NCBI GenBank assembly: GCA_938024995.1
Contig: CALJDU010000038.1
Coordinates: 43,509-107,508 of the forward strand
Reading direction: 5' to 3'
Source of the DNA: an uncultured bacterium
Lineage (GTDB): Bacteria; Myxococcota_A; Polyangia; Polyangiales; Houyiibacteriaceae
Length of the DNA stretch: 64,000 nucleotides
A model generated the notes under the pieces. It saw only the letters and a program-made list of their open reading frames with translations, was not told the DNA's origin and did no database searches. Shown here piece after piece: positions 53,273-64,000 of this stretch. The number at the start of each line of letters is the position of its first letter. Position 1 is the first letter of the stretch. Made by a program: the position numbers and the translations under genes.

Positions 53273-54799
53273 CTAGCTCTTCTTTCGGAAGAACCGGGAC
53301 ATCAAGCCTTCGTCTTCCTTCTTCGAGGCGCCCGGTCCGCCGCTCGCGCGCATGTCGGCGATGCGAACGAAGCGCACGGCTTCTATGTTCTTCGGGTTCC
53401 GCGACGCGACCTCGCGGTAGATCTTGGTCGCCTTCGCGTCCGCGCCCGTCTTCGTGAAGAGCTCCGCGCGGACCATCAAGGCATCCTCGTGGTCGTCTTG
53501 AAGCGCGAGCGCCTTCTCGACGTCGTCGATCACCAACTGCTTCTCAAGCTGAATCTTCATGTTCTTGGTGTTGAGCCTGATCTTCGCGCGCATCGCGAAG
53601 AAGTCAGGCTCTTCTGCCAGCTCGATCGCGCGCTCCACCACGCGCATCGCCTCGTCCCAGTTCTTGCGCTGCACAAAGACGTGCACCTTCTGGAACTCCA
53701 TCGCGGCGGTGACGATCGCGTTCACCTTGCGCTCCGCGGCCGGCGTGCCTCCGCCGCCCTGTACGTTCTTAATGTATGCCGCGCGCTCCTCGAGGCTCTC
53801 CAGCGCTTGCTCCGCGTTGGTGTAGTAGCCAAAGACCCGATCGACGATCGGCTTGAGCTCCGCGAGCTCCGGCGGCAGGCGGTCGGGATGCCAGATCTTC
53901 GCTTTCTCGAAGTAGGCATCTTTGACGGCCTCCGCGGTCGCCCCGCGGTCGACCCCGAGCATCTCGAAGAAGTTCTGCTCTTCGATCTCCACCGACGTCT
54001 CGGTGATCAGCTTCCAGCGCTCGCGGTGCTCCTTACTGAGGCCCTCGGGCGGCGGCGGCAAGTCGTTCGACTTCTCTTCGACCACGGCGAATTTCGGCTT
54101 GCTCTCCTTTCGCTTGGCTTTCGGTTTCCCTTGGGTCTTTGGCGGCGCCTCGTTGTCCCCGTCGATCGGATCGTGGGGTCCGCTCTCCCGAATGCGCTCG
54201 GACACCGTGCGCCGCTGGTGCACCGTGCCTTCGAACGGAGCCAGTCCACCCACCAACGACAAGAGGTACAGCACGCGCTTGGCGGTCTTGGGGTCGGGCG
54301 CGACCGCGATCAGATCCGGTGCGCTCGACGGGTCGGCGCGAAGCAAGTCGAGAAAGGCGTTCTCTCGCGCGATGAAGGAGAACACCGAGAGGTCGGTGCC
54401 GGGCTTGATGCGAACGGGTTGGTGACCGAGCTGATCGAGCGTCCGTTCGATGAACCCTTCGCGGACACCGCCCCGCAGAGACGCGGCCGCGATCGCCATC
54501 GCGCTCATCGTGGTCATCAAGGGATCGAACTGCGAAACGAGATCGACGTTGTAGAACGCGTAGGCGCCGCGGCGCCGGAAAAGCGGGAGCAGGCCCCGGT
54601 CAAGCGAACCGACCTCTTCCAGGAGCTTGCCTGAAACCGGTCGCCCTTTCTGGAAGAGCACGCGGTCCTGTCCTTTGCGATCCTCGTCTGGCCACACCGC
54701 CAAGGTCCCAGACAGTCCCTTCTTCACGATGGAGAGGTAGACATGGATCAGCGGTGTCTGCTCAAGCGAGCCTTTCGCAACCGGCGCGGGGATGCCCAT
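53273..54799 (-). CDS. J-domain protein with N-terminal DUF4388-like and C-terminal TPR regions
   Basis: NFFEMLGV...AY...WHPD; KGSL...LSGTL N-terminus; TPR-like helices. Confidence 0.85.
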   Translation of the reverse strand: MGIPAPVAKGSLEQTPLIHVYLSIVKKGLSGTLAVWPDEDRKGQDRVLFQKGRPVSGKLLEEVGSLDRGLLPLFRRRGAYAFYNVDLVSQFDPLMTTMSAMAIAAASLRGGVREGFIERTLDQLGHQPVRIKPGTDLSVFSFIARENAFLDLLRADPSSAPDLIAVAPDPKTAKRVLYLLSLVGGLAPFEGTVHQRRTVSERIRESGPHDPIDGDNEAPPKTQGKPKAKRKESKPKFAVVEEKSNDLPPPPEGLSKEHRERWKLITETSVEIEEQNFFEMLGVDRGATAEAVKDAYFEKAKIWHPDRLPPELAELKPIVDRVFGYYTNAEQALESLEERAAYIKNVQGGGGTPAAERKVNAIVTAAMEFQKVHVFVQRKNWDEAMRVVERAIELAEEPDFFAMRAKIRLNTKNMKIQLEKQLVIDDVEKALALQDDHEDALMVRAELFTKTGADAKATKIYREVASRNPKNIEAVRFVRIADMRASGGPGASKKEDEGLMSRFFRKKS

Positions 54800-54840
54800 A
54801 GGAAGAGCATGCTAGCGGATCGAACTGCGACCGCGCACGT

Positions 54841-56103
54841 TTACGGAGCGGCGGCCTGAAGCGCGTAGAGGCGCATGTCGTCGCTGCCGACCAAGAGGGC
54901 ACCTTGCGCGGTGAGCGTGGGGTTCGCGTCGACGTCCCCCGCGGTCTGAAACACCCAGCGGAGCTGCCCGTTCGGGTTGAGCGCGTAGAGGTAGTCGTCG
55001 TGAGCGCCGAAGTAGATGTTTCCGTCCCGGTCGACCAGCGGCCCCGAAGAGACCCCGATCTCCGTCGACTCCGCGACGGTAACGGGAAAGAACCACCGCG
55101 TGTCGCCGCCCGGGTCAATGCAGACCACCCGCGGACGAGGACCAAACACGCCCGCCAACACGGCTCCGTCTTGCGTCAGTCCGATGGGCGCCCGGACCAT
55201 TCCCTCAAGGTCCTTGGACCACTTGAGGGCGCCGTCACGACTCAGCGCGTAGACGTGATGATCATCGGAGCCGAAGTAAATCGTGCCGTCGTCCCCGATG
55301 ACAGGACTGCTGTCATTGTCGCCGCCGGTCCGGTACGACCATCGCTCGCGACCGTCGCTCGCGATCGCGTAGAGCTGATCGTCTTGCGAACCGATGTAGA
55401 TCGTGCCGTCATCGTCGACGGCCGGGGTCGTGAAGATCTTCGCGCGGGCTTCGAAGCGCCACTTCACGGTTCCGCTCGGTTCAATGGCGTAGAGGTGCAC
55501 CCCCGCCGCGAAGTGGATGGTGCCGTCAGGGGCCGCGACCGCGCCGGTGTCGGCGTCGCTCTCGGTAGGCAAGCGCCATTTGATGTTGCCCTCATCGTCG
55601 AGCGCGAAGAACGCGCCGGAGTCCGACCCCACGTAGACGTTTCCAGAACCGTCGACGTACGGCGTCGAGTACACGAAGCCGCCGAGGTCGCGTTTCCACA
55701 CTTGCGTCCCGAACTCGGTCAGGGCGTAGATGAAGTGATCATGCGACGCGACATAGATCCGGTTGTCCGCGCCCACGACGGGCTGCGCGGTGATCCGACC
55801 GTGCGTCTCAAAGGTCCACGCGACGTTGCTCGCGCTCGGTCCGAGGTACGCGCTTCGACCGGTGTGGCGACGATCCCCACGAAACGTGGATGACGGGCCC
55901 TCTGGAACACGCGCGACCTCCAGGTGCTCGCGAGACTCACTGGGCGCGTCCGCCTCCGGTTCTCCCGACACGTACACCGGGGCGCCCGGGGTCTCGAGAT
56001 CCGGCGCGGGAGCCTCCGCGGCGTCGCGTCGAAAGACGACCACCAAGATCGCCACCAAAGCGGCGACCCACATGCCGACGATGAGCCAGGTGTTTCGTTC
56101 CAC
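54841..56103 (-). CDS. Membrane-anchored PQQ-like beta-propeller protein
   Basis: FRGDRRHTG; repeated P....DGTIY.GS.D..LYA....G..KW blades. Confidence 0.9.
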   Translation of the reverse strand: MERNTWLIVGMWVAALVAILVVVFRRDAAEAPAPDLETPGAPVYVSGEPEADAPSESREHLEVARVPEGPSSTFRGDRRHTGRSAYLGPSASNVAWTFETHGRITAQPVVGADNRIYVASHDHFIYALTEFGTQVWKRDLGGFVYSTPYVDGSGNVYVGSDSGAFFALDDEGNIKWRLPTESDADTGAVAAPDGTIHFAAGVHLYAIEPSGTVKWRFEARAKIFTTPAVDDDGTIYIGSQDDQLYAIASDGRERWSYRTGGDNDSSPVIGDDGTIYFGSDDHHVYALSRDGALKWSKDLEGMVRAPIGLTQDGAVLAGVFGPRPRVVCIDPGGDTRWFFPVTVAESTEIGVSSGPLVDRDGNIYFGAHDDYLYALNPNGQLRWVFQTAGDVDANPTLTAQGALLVGSDDMRLYALQAAAP

Positions 56104-56190
56104 AGCGCGCGATATCCCATTTCGAGCCGCACCGCCATCCACACCACGATCGGTGACCCGCAGTTTCAGGGGCTCGACTATGATCATCGC

Positions 56191-57384
56191 GTGACCGGTG
56201 CTGACGAGCCGCCCGACGAGGAGCGCGAAGACGAGACGCTCGACAAGCTCCGAGGGCTGCTGTCTCACCCCGACGCAGCGGTGCGCGGGCAAGCGATCCA
56301 GCTGATCCAGACCCTCGGCCTGACATCGGAGTTCGTGCGCGTAGACGCGGGTCGACTGATCCCGCCAACGTCGGGGATGACGGTCGGCGCGCTTGAGCTC
56401 GCGCTCCACGCGTTTCCGGGAACGGTCGAGGAGATCCCCGCGGTCGCGGTCCATGAAGAGGCAACGCTCGAAGCGCTCGGCGAAGGTGCACCGAACCTCC
56501 GTCGCGCGAGGATCTATTGGTCGGGTCCAGCGCACGATGCGGAGCCACTCGGCGCGCTCTCCTCGCTTGAGCACCTCGCGCTCCACGGCGTCACCGAGGC
56601 GTCCTGGCTCCCGCGCCTCCGCGCGCTCCGTCGCCTCGAGATTGAGAGCAACGCGGCTCTCCCTGAGACCCGCGCGGCGCTAACACATCTCACCGTTCAT
56701 CAAGCGCAGTCGAAGCTGATCGCAGGCGCCGCGCTGACGCTCCGCTCGCTCACGTTGCGGGGACACGCGGACGCCACGACGGTCGGAAGGCTCGCGTACT
56801 TGAGTCACCTCGAGCTGCCCGGCCGGCACCTCAAGGCGGCGCGTCACGGTCATCGCTATCCGTCACTCACGATTCACGGTCTCGGCGACCACGTCGAGCA
56901 GGTCCCGATCCATGGAGCGCGCGTCACGGTCAGGCGATGCGCGCCCACGCCGCACGTGCTCGCGCTCAAGCCGCGTTGGGTGGAGTGCGAAGCGGACGCC
57001 TTTCCTGAGTTCGCCCACGCCGGCGTTCGTGTTGTCGACCTCGACCCGCACGCCGCCGTTCCGGATACCGTGGAACTGCCGGAGGACACCTTGCCTGGGC
57101 CGCGCCTGATGCGTCTCGCGGCGCGGTCGCGGGTCATCCTCGCGAACGAAGCCGAGCACGCGGGTCGTTGGGTGGCGCGCGGCCATCGTCATCAGGTCCG
57201 CGTTAGCTCGCCCCCGATCGTGCCGCTCGCGAACGGAACGCTCGGCGCGGACCCTTTCGTGGATCCGCTCGGACGCGTCGCGCGAGACGTCATCGTCTGC
57301 CTCACGAAGCCGCAGGCGGAGCGCCTTCAGCTGATCCTGAATCGAGCCGGCGCGATGACCACGCTGGAGCGCTGGACACCGTAA
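56191..57384 (+). CDS. Hypothetical protein with HEAT- and LRR-like segments
   Basis: LLSHPDAAVRGQAI; L..L..L.L repeats (LSSLEHLALH, LRALRRLEIE); start uncertain. Confidence 0.55.
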   Translation: MTGADEPPDEEREDETLDKLRGLLSHPDAAVRGQAIQLIQTLGLTSEFVRVDAGRLIPPTSGMTVGALELALHAFPGTVEEIPAVAVHEEATLEALGEGAPNLRRARIYWSGPAHDAEPLGALSSLEHLALHGVTEASWLPRLRALRRLEIESNAALPETRAALTHLTVHQAQSKLIAGAALTLRSLTLRGHADATTVGRLAYLSHLELPGRHLKAARHGHRYPSLTIHGLGDHVEQVPIHGARVTVRRCAPTPHVLALKPRWVECEADAFPEFAHAGVRVVDLDPHAAVPDTVELPEDTLPGPRLMRLAARSRVILANEAEHAGRWVARGHRHQVRVSSPPIVPLANGTLGADPFVDPLGRVARDVIVCLTKPQAERLQLILNRAGAMTTLERWTP

Positions 57385-57399
57385 CGCGCGTGCACGCGG

Positions 57400-58764
57400 C
57401 TACTTGCCGGCGATCGTCATCCCGCTGACCCGGAAGGTCGGCGCCGCCGTCGCGGTTCGCATGTCGAGGTCATTGGCGACCGCGTCAATGCGCAAGAGCA
57501 GCTCGTTCAAGTTGAGCGAGATCGTGACCTCGTTGACCGGCTGCGTGAACTCGCCGTTCTCGACCAAGAAGCCGGCGGCGCCGCGGCTGAAATCGCCGGT
57601 CACGCCGTTGAAGCCAAAGCCCATCATCTCGGTGACGTAGAGCGCGCGCGGGGTGCTCTTGAGTAAGTCTTCGGGCGTCTGCGTGCCGGGCTGCAAAACG
57701 AAGTTGCTGGTGCCCGCGCCGACCCCGCCGCTGCTCCCGCGAGACGCGCTCGCGGTGCTCTCCATGTTCAGCTTCCGCGCCGCGTAGCTCCCCATCAGGT
57801 AGGTCTTGAGCACGCCCTTCTCCACGACCATGTTCCGTCGCGAGAGGAGCCCCTCACCGTCGAACGCCCGCGAGCCGGGCGCCTTCGGGATCAGCGGGTC
57901 GTCGATGATCGTGCAGAGCTCACTGGCGACCGGCGTCTCGAGCCGATCGACGAGGTAGCTCGACTTTCGCCAAATCGCGCCGCCGCCGATGCAGCCACCG
58001 AGCAGCCCAAGGATCGAGCGCGCCGTATCGGGATCGAAGATAACGGGCATCTCGCAGGTCGCGATCTTTGCCGCGCCGAGCTTCCGCAACGTACGGCGCG
58101 CGGCTTCCTTGCCGACCGTGATCGGATCGTCGAGCTCGCCCAAGTGGCGCTTCGCGGACCAGTGGTGGCCGCGTCGCTTCGTTCCGTCTTCGTCATCCGC
58201 GAGCGGGCTGATCACGAGCGAGGCGTAGGTCCCGCGAGTCGCGCCGCGGAAGCCGCCCGAGGTCACCAGGACCGTGCCGCCGGCCGCGCGCGAGAAGGAC
58301 GCGCCGTCGCTGTTCTTGATCCGCTCATCGGCATCGAGCGCCGCCTTCTCTCCAGCGACGCATCGGCGGAGACCTTCCGCCGCGTCCAGCGCGCTCATCG
58401 CGGGATCGAACGTGTCGAGGTCGACGTGTTGATCGGCGGTCGAGAGGAGGGATGGATCAGGCGGACCCGCGAACTCGTCGGGTTGGCTCAACTTCGCCAG
58501 CTCAAGCGCGTCGCTCACGAGCATGGCGCGGCCGCGCGGGCTGAGATCGCTGGTGTAGGTTACCGCGACCCGCTGACCCACCATGACGCGCAAGCCAAGT
58601 GAGCGGGAGCCGGCTTCTTCGACGAGCTCGGGCTCGCCGAGGCGGACCTTCGTCGACAGATGTTGCCCTTCGCGGACCACTGCTTCAGCGACCGTCGCGC
58701 CGGCTTTCTGAGCGGCCGCGACGACGTCATCGGCGATCGAGAGGAGTTCGGTCTGTTGGTCCAT
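57400..58764 (-). CDS. pmbA: TldE/PmbA family protein
   Basis: LGLRV, FDGEG, TGDFSRGAAGFLVENG, TIAG C-terminus; lacks HExxxH. Confidence 0.93.
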   Translation of the reverse strand: MDQQTELLSIADDVVAAAQKAGATVAEAVVREGQHLSTKVRLGEPELVEEAGSRSLGLRVMVGQRVAVTYTSDLSPRGRAMLVSDALELAKLSQPDEFAGPPDPSLLSTADQHVDLDTFDPAMSALDAAEGLRRCVAGEKAALDADERIKNSDGASFSRAAGGTVLVTSGGFRGATRGTYASLVISPLADDEDGTKRRGHHWSAKRHLGELDDPITVGKEAARRTLRKLGAAKIATCEMPVIFDPDTARSILGLLGGCIGGGAIWRKSSYLVDRLETPVASELCTIIDDPLIPKAPGSRAFDGEGLLSRRNMVVEKGVLKTYLMGSYAARKLNMESTASASRGSSGGVGAGTSNFVLQPGTQTPEDLLKSTPRALYVTEMMGFGFNGVTGDFSRGAAGFLVENGEFTQPVNEVTISLNLNELLLRIDAVANDLDMRTATAAPTFRVSGMTIAGK

Positions 58765-58766
58765 GC

Positions 58767-58846
58767 CTATCTCCCGGCTGACGTTTGTGTGCGGTTGTGG
58801 GTGCGGTTGTGGGTGCGGTTGTGGAGCGAGTCGTTCATCAGCGCGT

Positions 58847-58850
<4 letters not shown>
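58767..58850 (-). CDS. Putative 27-aa mini-ORF MNALMNDSLHNRTHNRTHNRTQTSAGR
   Basis: ATG overlaps the tldD stop (ATGA); TAG lies 2 nt before the tldE ATG. Confidence 0.3.
58789..58824. repeat. Perfect 12-bp tandem repeat x3 (GTGCGGTTGTGG)
   Basis: Read directly between tldD and tldE. Confidence 0.9.
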
Positions 58851-60283
<1,433 letters not shown>

Positions 60284-60441
60284 CGGCGTAAATGTAGGGG
60301 AAAGCATGCAGCGCGTCAGTCTTTCTCAGGCCCTTTGTCTGGAACGCGCGCTGAATGCGTCGGCGCGAGAGTCAGCTCGTCCTTTTGGGGGGCGGTCTTG
60401 GCTGGGCTTGCCGTGCTACGGTCTCGCCGCAGGAGGAGCCG

Positions 60442-60828
60442 ATGCAGGACTGGCAAGAAGCAACGATCAAATCACTAGTGGCCGTGGCGTGGGCCGACGG
60501 ACGATTGGACTCCGGCGAGTCCGAGGTCGTCGAGGCGCTCATCGACGCGTTCGGGATCAGCGAGGCCGACGCGAGCGGTCTTCGAGAGTTCGCCGCGACG
60601 GAGCAGAAGCTCGACGACATCAACGTCTCTGACCTCTCCGCCCACGACCGCCGAATGCTGCTCCAGCACGCGGTCGTCATCACGTTCATTGACGGCGCGC
60701 AGTCGGACAAAGAAAAGGATGTGCTGATGGCGCTCATCAAGAAGCTCAACATCCCGGGTCCGGAAGCGCTCCGCTTGTTGGCGGCCTCCGAGAGCCGAGC
60801 CAAGAAGCTGCTCGCGAAGCTCAACTGA
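60442..60828 (+). CDS. TerB-like (tellurite-resistance/DUF533-type) protein
   Basis: VAWADG....E and IDG....E motifs; AGGAGG SD. Confidence 0.8.
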   Translation: MQDWQEATIKSLVAVAWADGRLDSGESEVVEALIDAFGISEADASGLREFAATEQKLDDINVSDLSAHDRRMLLQHAVVITFIDGAQSDKEKDVLMALIKKLNIPGPEALRLLAASESRAKKLLAKLN

Positions 60829-60848
60829 GCGGCGCCTGAGGCGAACAG

Positions 60849-60880
60849 AAAGACCGCTGGTTTGCGCCGGCGGTCTTTTT
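60849..60880 (+). terminator. Intrinsic terminator
   Basis: AAAGACCGCTGG-TTTGCG-CCGGCGGTCTTTTT. Confidence 0.85.
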
Positions 60881-61036
60881 CGTTTGACTGGTCCCGCCAC
60901 GCACCTGCGGCTCGCGGCCCCGCGCTTCGGTCAATCGAACGAAGGTGTAACGCACCGACCGACCATCGAACTGGGCCTGTTGGCGTTCGTGAGCCTGGAT
61001 CTGGTCTGGGTCACGCGAGTGAGTCAATCTCCCCAC

Positions 61037-61924
61037 ATGAAGCCGATGCGACTGCTCACGTCCACCTTACTCGGCCTCCTGCTGCTCGCGTGCGGAGCGG
61101 ATCGGGAGAGCGCGCTCGACGCCGACACGACAACCCAGGACGTTGGCGCGGACTCGATTGACTCCGGCGAACCGGACAGCGACCAACCAGACACCGGACG
61201 GGACACTGGCGCGACAGACACTGGCGCGATGGACACTGGCGCGATGGACACTGGCGCGATGGACACCGGCGCGATGGACACCGGACGACCGGACACTGGC
61301 GTAACGGATACTGGCGCGATGGACTCCGGACGACCCGACACTGGCGCGATGGACACTGGACGACCCGACACCGGACGACCCGACACCGGACGACCCGACA
61401 CCGGACGACCCGACACCGGACGACCGGACACCGGCTCGGCATCGGTTCCTTGCGCAGGCGGACCTGGACGCGTCCTGTGGCGCATCACGTGGCCAGAGCG
61501 ACGGGCGGGCTACGCCACCGTCGAAGAGTGGGAGGCGGCGTGCGAGTACTCGCTCGCGGACATGGCGTGTTCTCTCTCCGGCGAGCCCCACGACTACGCG
61601 CGCTGGGGACCGGGCGTGGTCTTCGACACCTCGCGCGACTACTTCCGCGTTCGCTTTAGCGTTGAGGGAATGTCGTTCTCCAGCGCGACCCTCTACATGT
61701 CTGCGCATGCGGACGGCAGCGGACTGCCTCTCGCGCAGCTCGAGACTCCGCTCCACGGCAACCTCGAGTTTGCGCTCGAGGTCCCGATCAGCCGGCACCG
61801 AACCTACGCGATCGACTGGAGCGACTACCTCACGCCGAGCGATCGACCGGCGTTGACCGCGGTGACCGTACGCTCGCGACCCACCGGCCTCGCGGTGTCC
61901 GAGCTCGAGCTCTGTGTGGACTAG
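61037..61924 (+). CDS. Lipoprotein with DTG pentapeptide-repeat linker and small beta-rich C-terminal domain
   Basis: Lipobox LLAC; ~17 D[TS]Gxx repeats. Confidence 0.8.
   Translation: MKPMRLLTSTLLGLLLLACGADRESALDADTTTQDVGADSIDSGEPDSDQPDTGRDTGATDTGAMDTGAMDTGAMDTGAMDTGRPDTGVTDTGAMDSGRPDTGAMDTGRPDTGRPDTGRPDTGRPDTGRPDTGSASVPCAGGPGRVLWRITWPERRAGYATVEEWEAACEYSLADMACSLSGEPHDYARWGPGVVFDTSRDYFRVRFSVEGMSFSSATLYMSAHADGSGLPLAQLETPLHGNLEFALEVPISRHRTYAIDWSDYLTPSDRPALTAVTVRSRPTGLAVSELELCVD
61190..61435 (+). repeat. 15-bp coding tandem repeat (GACACYGGCGCGATG / GACACCGGACGACCC)
   Basis: Read directly; encodes DTGAM/DTGRP. Confidence 0.9.
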
Positions 61925-61984
61925 CGAGCATCCCGTAAGCGACGACGAATGAACGATGCCGTCGCGACTTGCGACAAGTGGGGT

Positions 61985-64000
61985 ATGCGCTCTTCCTTAT
62001 TCCGCACCTCCGCTCTGCGACGAGCTGCCTCCACGCGACCTACGGCGCGCCCGCTGTATTCGTCGCTCTTGTCCGCGTTCCTGCTGCTCACCGCGTGCGA
62101 TCCCGACCCAGATGTGACAGCGGATACCGACGTCGTGGACGGCGGGGTGACGAATACGGCGACAAGCGGCGATGGCGGCATCGACACCGACGTGGACTCC
62201 GGGACCATGGATGCCGACGTCGACTCCGGGAGCGAAGACACCGGCGGAACTGACACCGGCGTGGATGGCGGTCCTCCGGACAGCGCAACAGACGCCGGAA
62301 CAGGAGCCGAGCGCTGCGGAGATGGCGTGGACAACGATGGCGACGGACTGACCGACTGCGATGATCCCGACTGCGACGACCGTCCGCGCTGCCGCCCCGT
62401 CGATGAGGTCTGCGACAACGATCGCGACGACGACGGCGACGACTTGGTCGACTGCGCGGCCCCCGACTGCGAAGAGGACGCCAGCTGCATCTCCACGGAG
62501 GTCTGCAACAACATGCGCGATGATGACCGAGACGGGCTCATCGACTGTGACGACCCGGACTGCGACGACCGCCCTCGCTGCCTCGCCGCGGAGTCATGCG
62601 ACAACGGCCGTGACGACGATGGGGACGGCTTGGTCGACTGTGCGGATCCCGACTGTGAAATCGACGCGAGCTGCGGGACCGAGGAGCGCTGCGACAACGC
62701 GCGAGACGACGACCGCGACGGCTTGGTCGATTGTGCAGATCCCGATTGCGCCCGCGATCCGCGCTGCGACGCCGAAGGCGAGCTCTGCAACAACCGCGTC
62801 GACGACGATGGGGACGGCCTGGTCGATTGTGACGACCCGGAGTGCGCCGATCGTCCGCGTTGTACACCGGCGGAGTCCTGCAACAACATGCGCGACGACG
62901 ACGGCGATGGCTTGGTCGACTGCGACGACCCCGACTGCGCCGCGCGGGCTCGTTGCTTGCCCGAAATGGAGTGCCGCGACGGACTCGATGATGATGATGA
63001 CGGGCTCGTCGATTGTGCGGACCCGGACTGCGCGGCGATCTGCATCGAATCGTGCCGAAACGGTACCGATGACGACGGCGACGGTCTCGCAGACTGCGCG
63101 GACCCGGACTGCGAAGACGAGTGCGCCACAGAACTGTGCGCCAACGGAACGGACGACGACGGCGACGGTCTCGCAGACTGCGCGGACCCGGACTGCACGT
63201 CCGTGTGCTCTAGCGACTTCGAGGACTGCGACGATGGACGCGACAACGACGGCGACGGCCTGGTCGATTGCGAGGACCTCGTCGACTGCTTGAGCGCACC
63301 GGAGTGTTGCTCGGGACCGAGCTGCGGCGAGACGAGCGACCTCCTGTGGGACGACGACTGCAGAAACGGTCGCGATGATGACAGCGATGGCTTGCGTGAC
63401 TGTGATGACCCTGACTGCGCGCGTCATTGCGGTCCGGACCTCGTGCCAGGCTTCACGCCGGTCACGGAACGAACGAATCCACCGAACGTTCTCCCTGGAC
63501 TCACGACGGAGTCGTTCGGGACGACCTGCATCCCCGCGTCCGATCTCTTCGGCTCGCTGCGCGGGATGGCGCACCACAACTCGTTCTACCGCGAGTACCC
63601 GGTGTCGGGCCGCGGACCGCTCCTCTGGAGCCAAGACACATCACGCGACTTTCACTGCGTCGCGCACCTCGAGCGCTTTCAAGCGCCGCGGGCCGGTCGC
63701 TATCTCGCGTCGGGCTTCTCGCACTTCTATCGCGAGGTCGACGGCTGCTACCGGGCCGCCCGCGCCAGCTCAGACACGACCACCCGTGTCTTCGACGCCG
63801 CGGAGGGCGAGGTCGTCTACCTCGGTCGCGGGTACGACTGTAGCGGAAGCGATGACATCGCCTATGACGAGACCATCCGCCGCGTCGACGCGACCGAGGA
63901 CTGCAGCGACCGCGTCGACAACGATGGTGACCGTCTCGCCGACTGCATCGATCCCGAGTGCGCGACCTCCGCCGCCTGCACTTCGCGTTCGGTCGTCCCG
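61985..64000 (+). CDS. Large Cys/Asp-rich repeat lipoprotein (3'-truncated; absent from the ORF track)
   Basis: Frame reads open to the window end; lipobox LTAC; 13 repeats of E.C.[ND]..D[DN]D.DGL.DC.DP[DE]C. Confidence 0.85.
   Translation, partial: MRSSLFRTSALRRAASTRPTARPLYSSLLSAFLLLTACDPDPDVTADTDVVDGGVTNTATSGDGGIDTDVDSGTMDADVDSGSEDTGGTDTGVDGGPPDSATDAGTGAERCGDGVDNDGDGLTDCDDPDCDDRPRCRPVDEVCDNDRDDDGDDLVDCAAPDCEEDASCISTEVCNNMRDDDRDGLIDCDDPDCDDRPRCLAAESCDNGRDDDGDGLVDCADPDCEIDASCGTEERCDNARDDDRDGLVDCADPDCARDPRCDAEGELCNNRVDDDGDGLVDCDDPECADRPRCTPAESCNNMRDDDGDGLVDCDDPDCAARARCLPEMECRDGLDDDDDGLVDCADPDCAAICIESCRNGTDDDGDGLADCADPDCEDECATELCANGTDDDGDGLADCADPDCTSVCSSDFEDCDDGRDNDGDGLVDCEDLVDCLSAPECCSGPSCGETSDLLWDDDCRNGRDDDSDGLRDCDDPDCARHCGPDLVPGFTPVTERTNPPNVLPGLTTESFGTTCIPASDLFGSLRGMAHHNSFYREYPVSGRGPLLWSQDTSRDFHCVAHLERFQAPRAGRYLASGFSHFYREVDGCYRAARASSDTTTRVFDAAEGEVVYLGRGYDCSGSDDIAYDETIRRVDATEDCSDRVDNDGDRLADCIDPECATSAACTSRSVVP

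Noticed and set aside
61921-63634. Minus-strand repeat ORFs (Ser/Gln-rich 441 aa and Val/Ala-rich 346 aa)
   Set aside because: Shadows of the plus-strand Cys/Asp-repeat lipoprotein, which has a signal peptide and lipobox.

Overview
High-GC chromosomal window, most likely from a myxobacterium (Myxococcota, Polyangia/Sandaracinus-like). This is inferred from an MXAN_5187-type protein, two eukaryotic-like Ser/Thr kinases, a J-domain/TPR protein and Cys-rich repeat lipoproteins. It is mostly core and envelope genes: glmS, dnaX-ybaB-recR, rarA, lolA, PBP1A, trmH, pntAB, tldD/tldE, glycosyltransferases, histidine kinases. I saw no rRNA, tRNA, CRISPR array or mobile element. The best candidate for an undescribed system is in the ~720-bp gap at 6067-6788, which has no credible CDS. 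It holds a complete minus-strand transcription unit: sigma54 -24/-12 promoter, IHF-like site, upstream palindrome and intrinsic terminator. That unit would produce a ~360-nt highly structured RNA with ~15 CUU motifs and a duplicated structural module, resembling a protein-sponge sRNA. Other notable items: pntA apparently starts at an AUU codon behind a perfect Shine-Dalgarno; a 27-aa HNRT-repeat mini-ORF is coupled between tldD and tldE; a coupled PBP1A/FG-GAP/SBP/histidine-kinase operon; a reductase-MerR-diiron oxygenase operon with an operator palindrome; and a transglutaminase-like lipoprotein with a secreted partner. All family assignments come from motif recognition by eye; no database searches were run.
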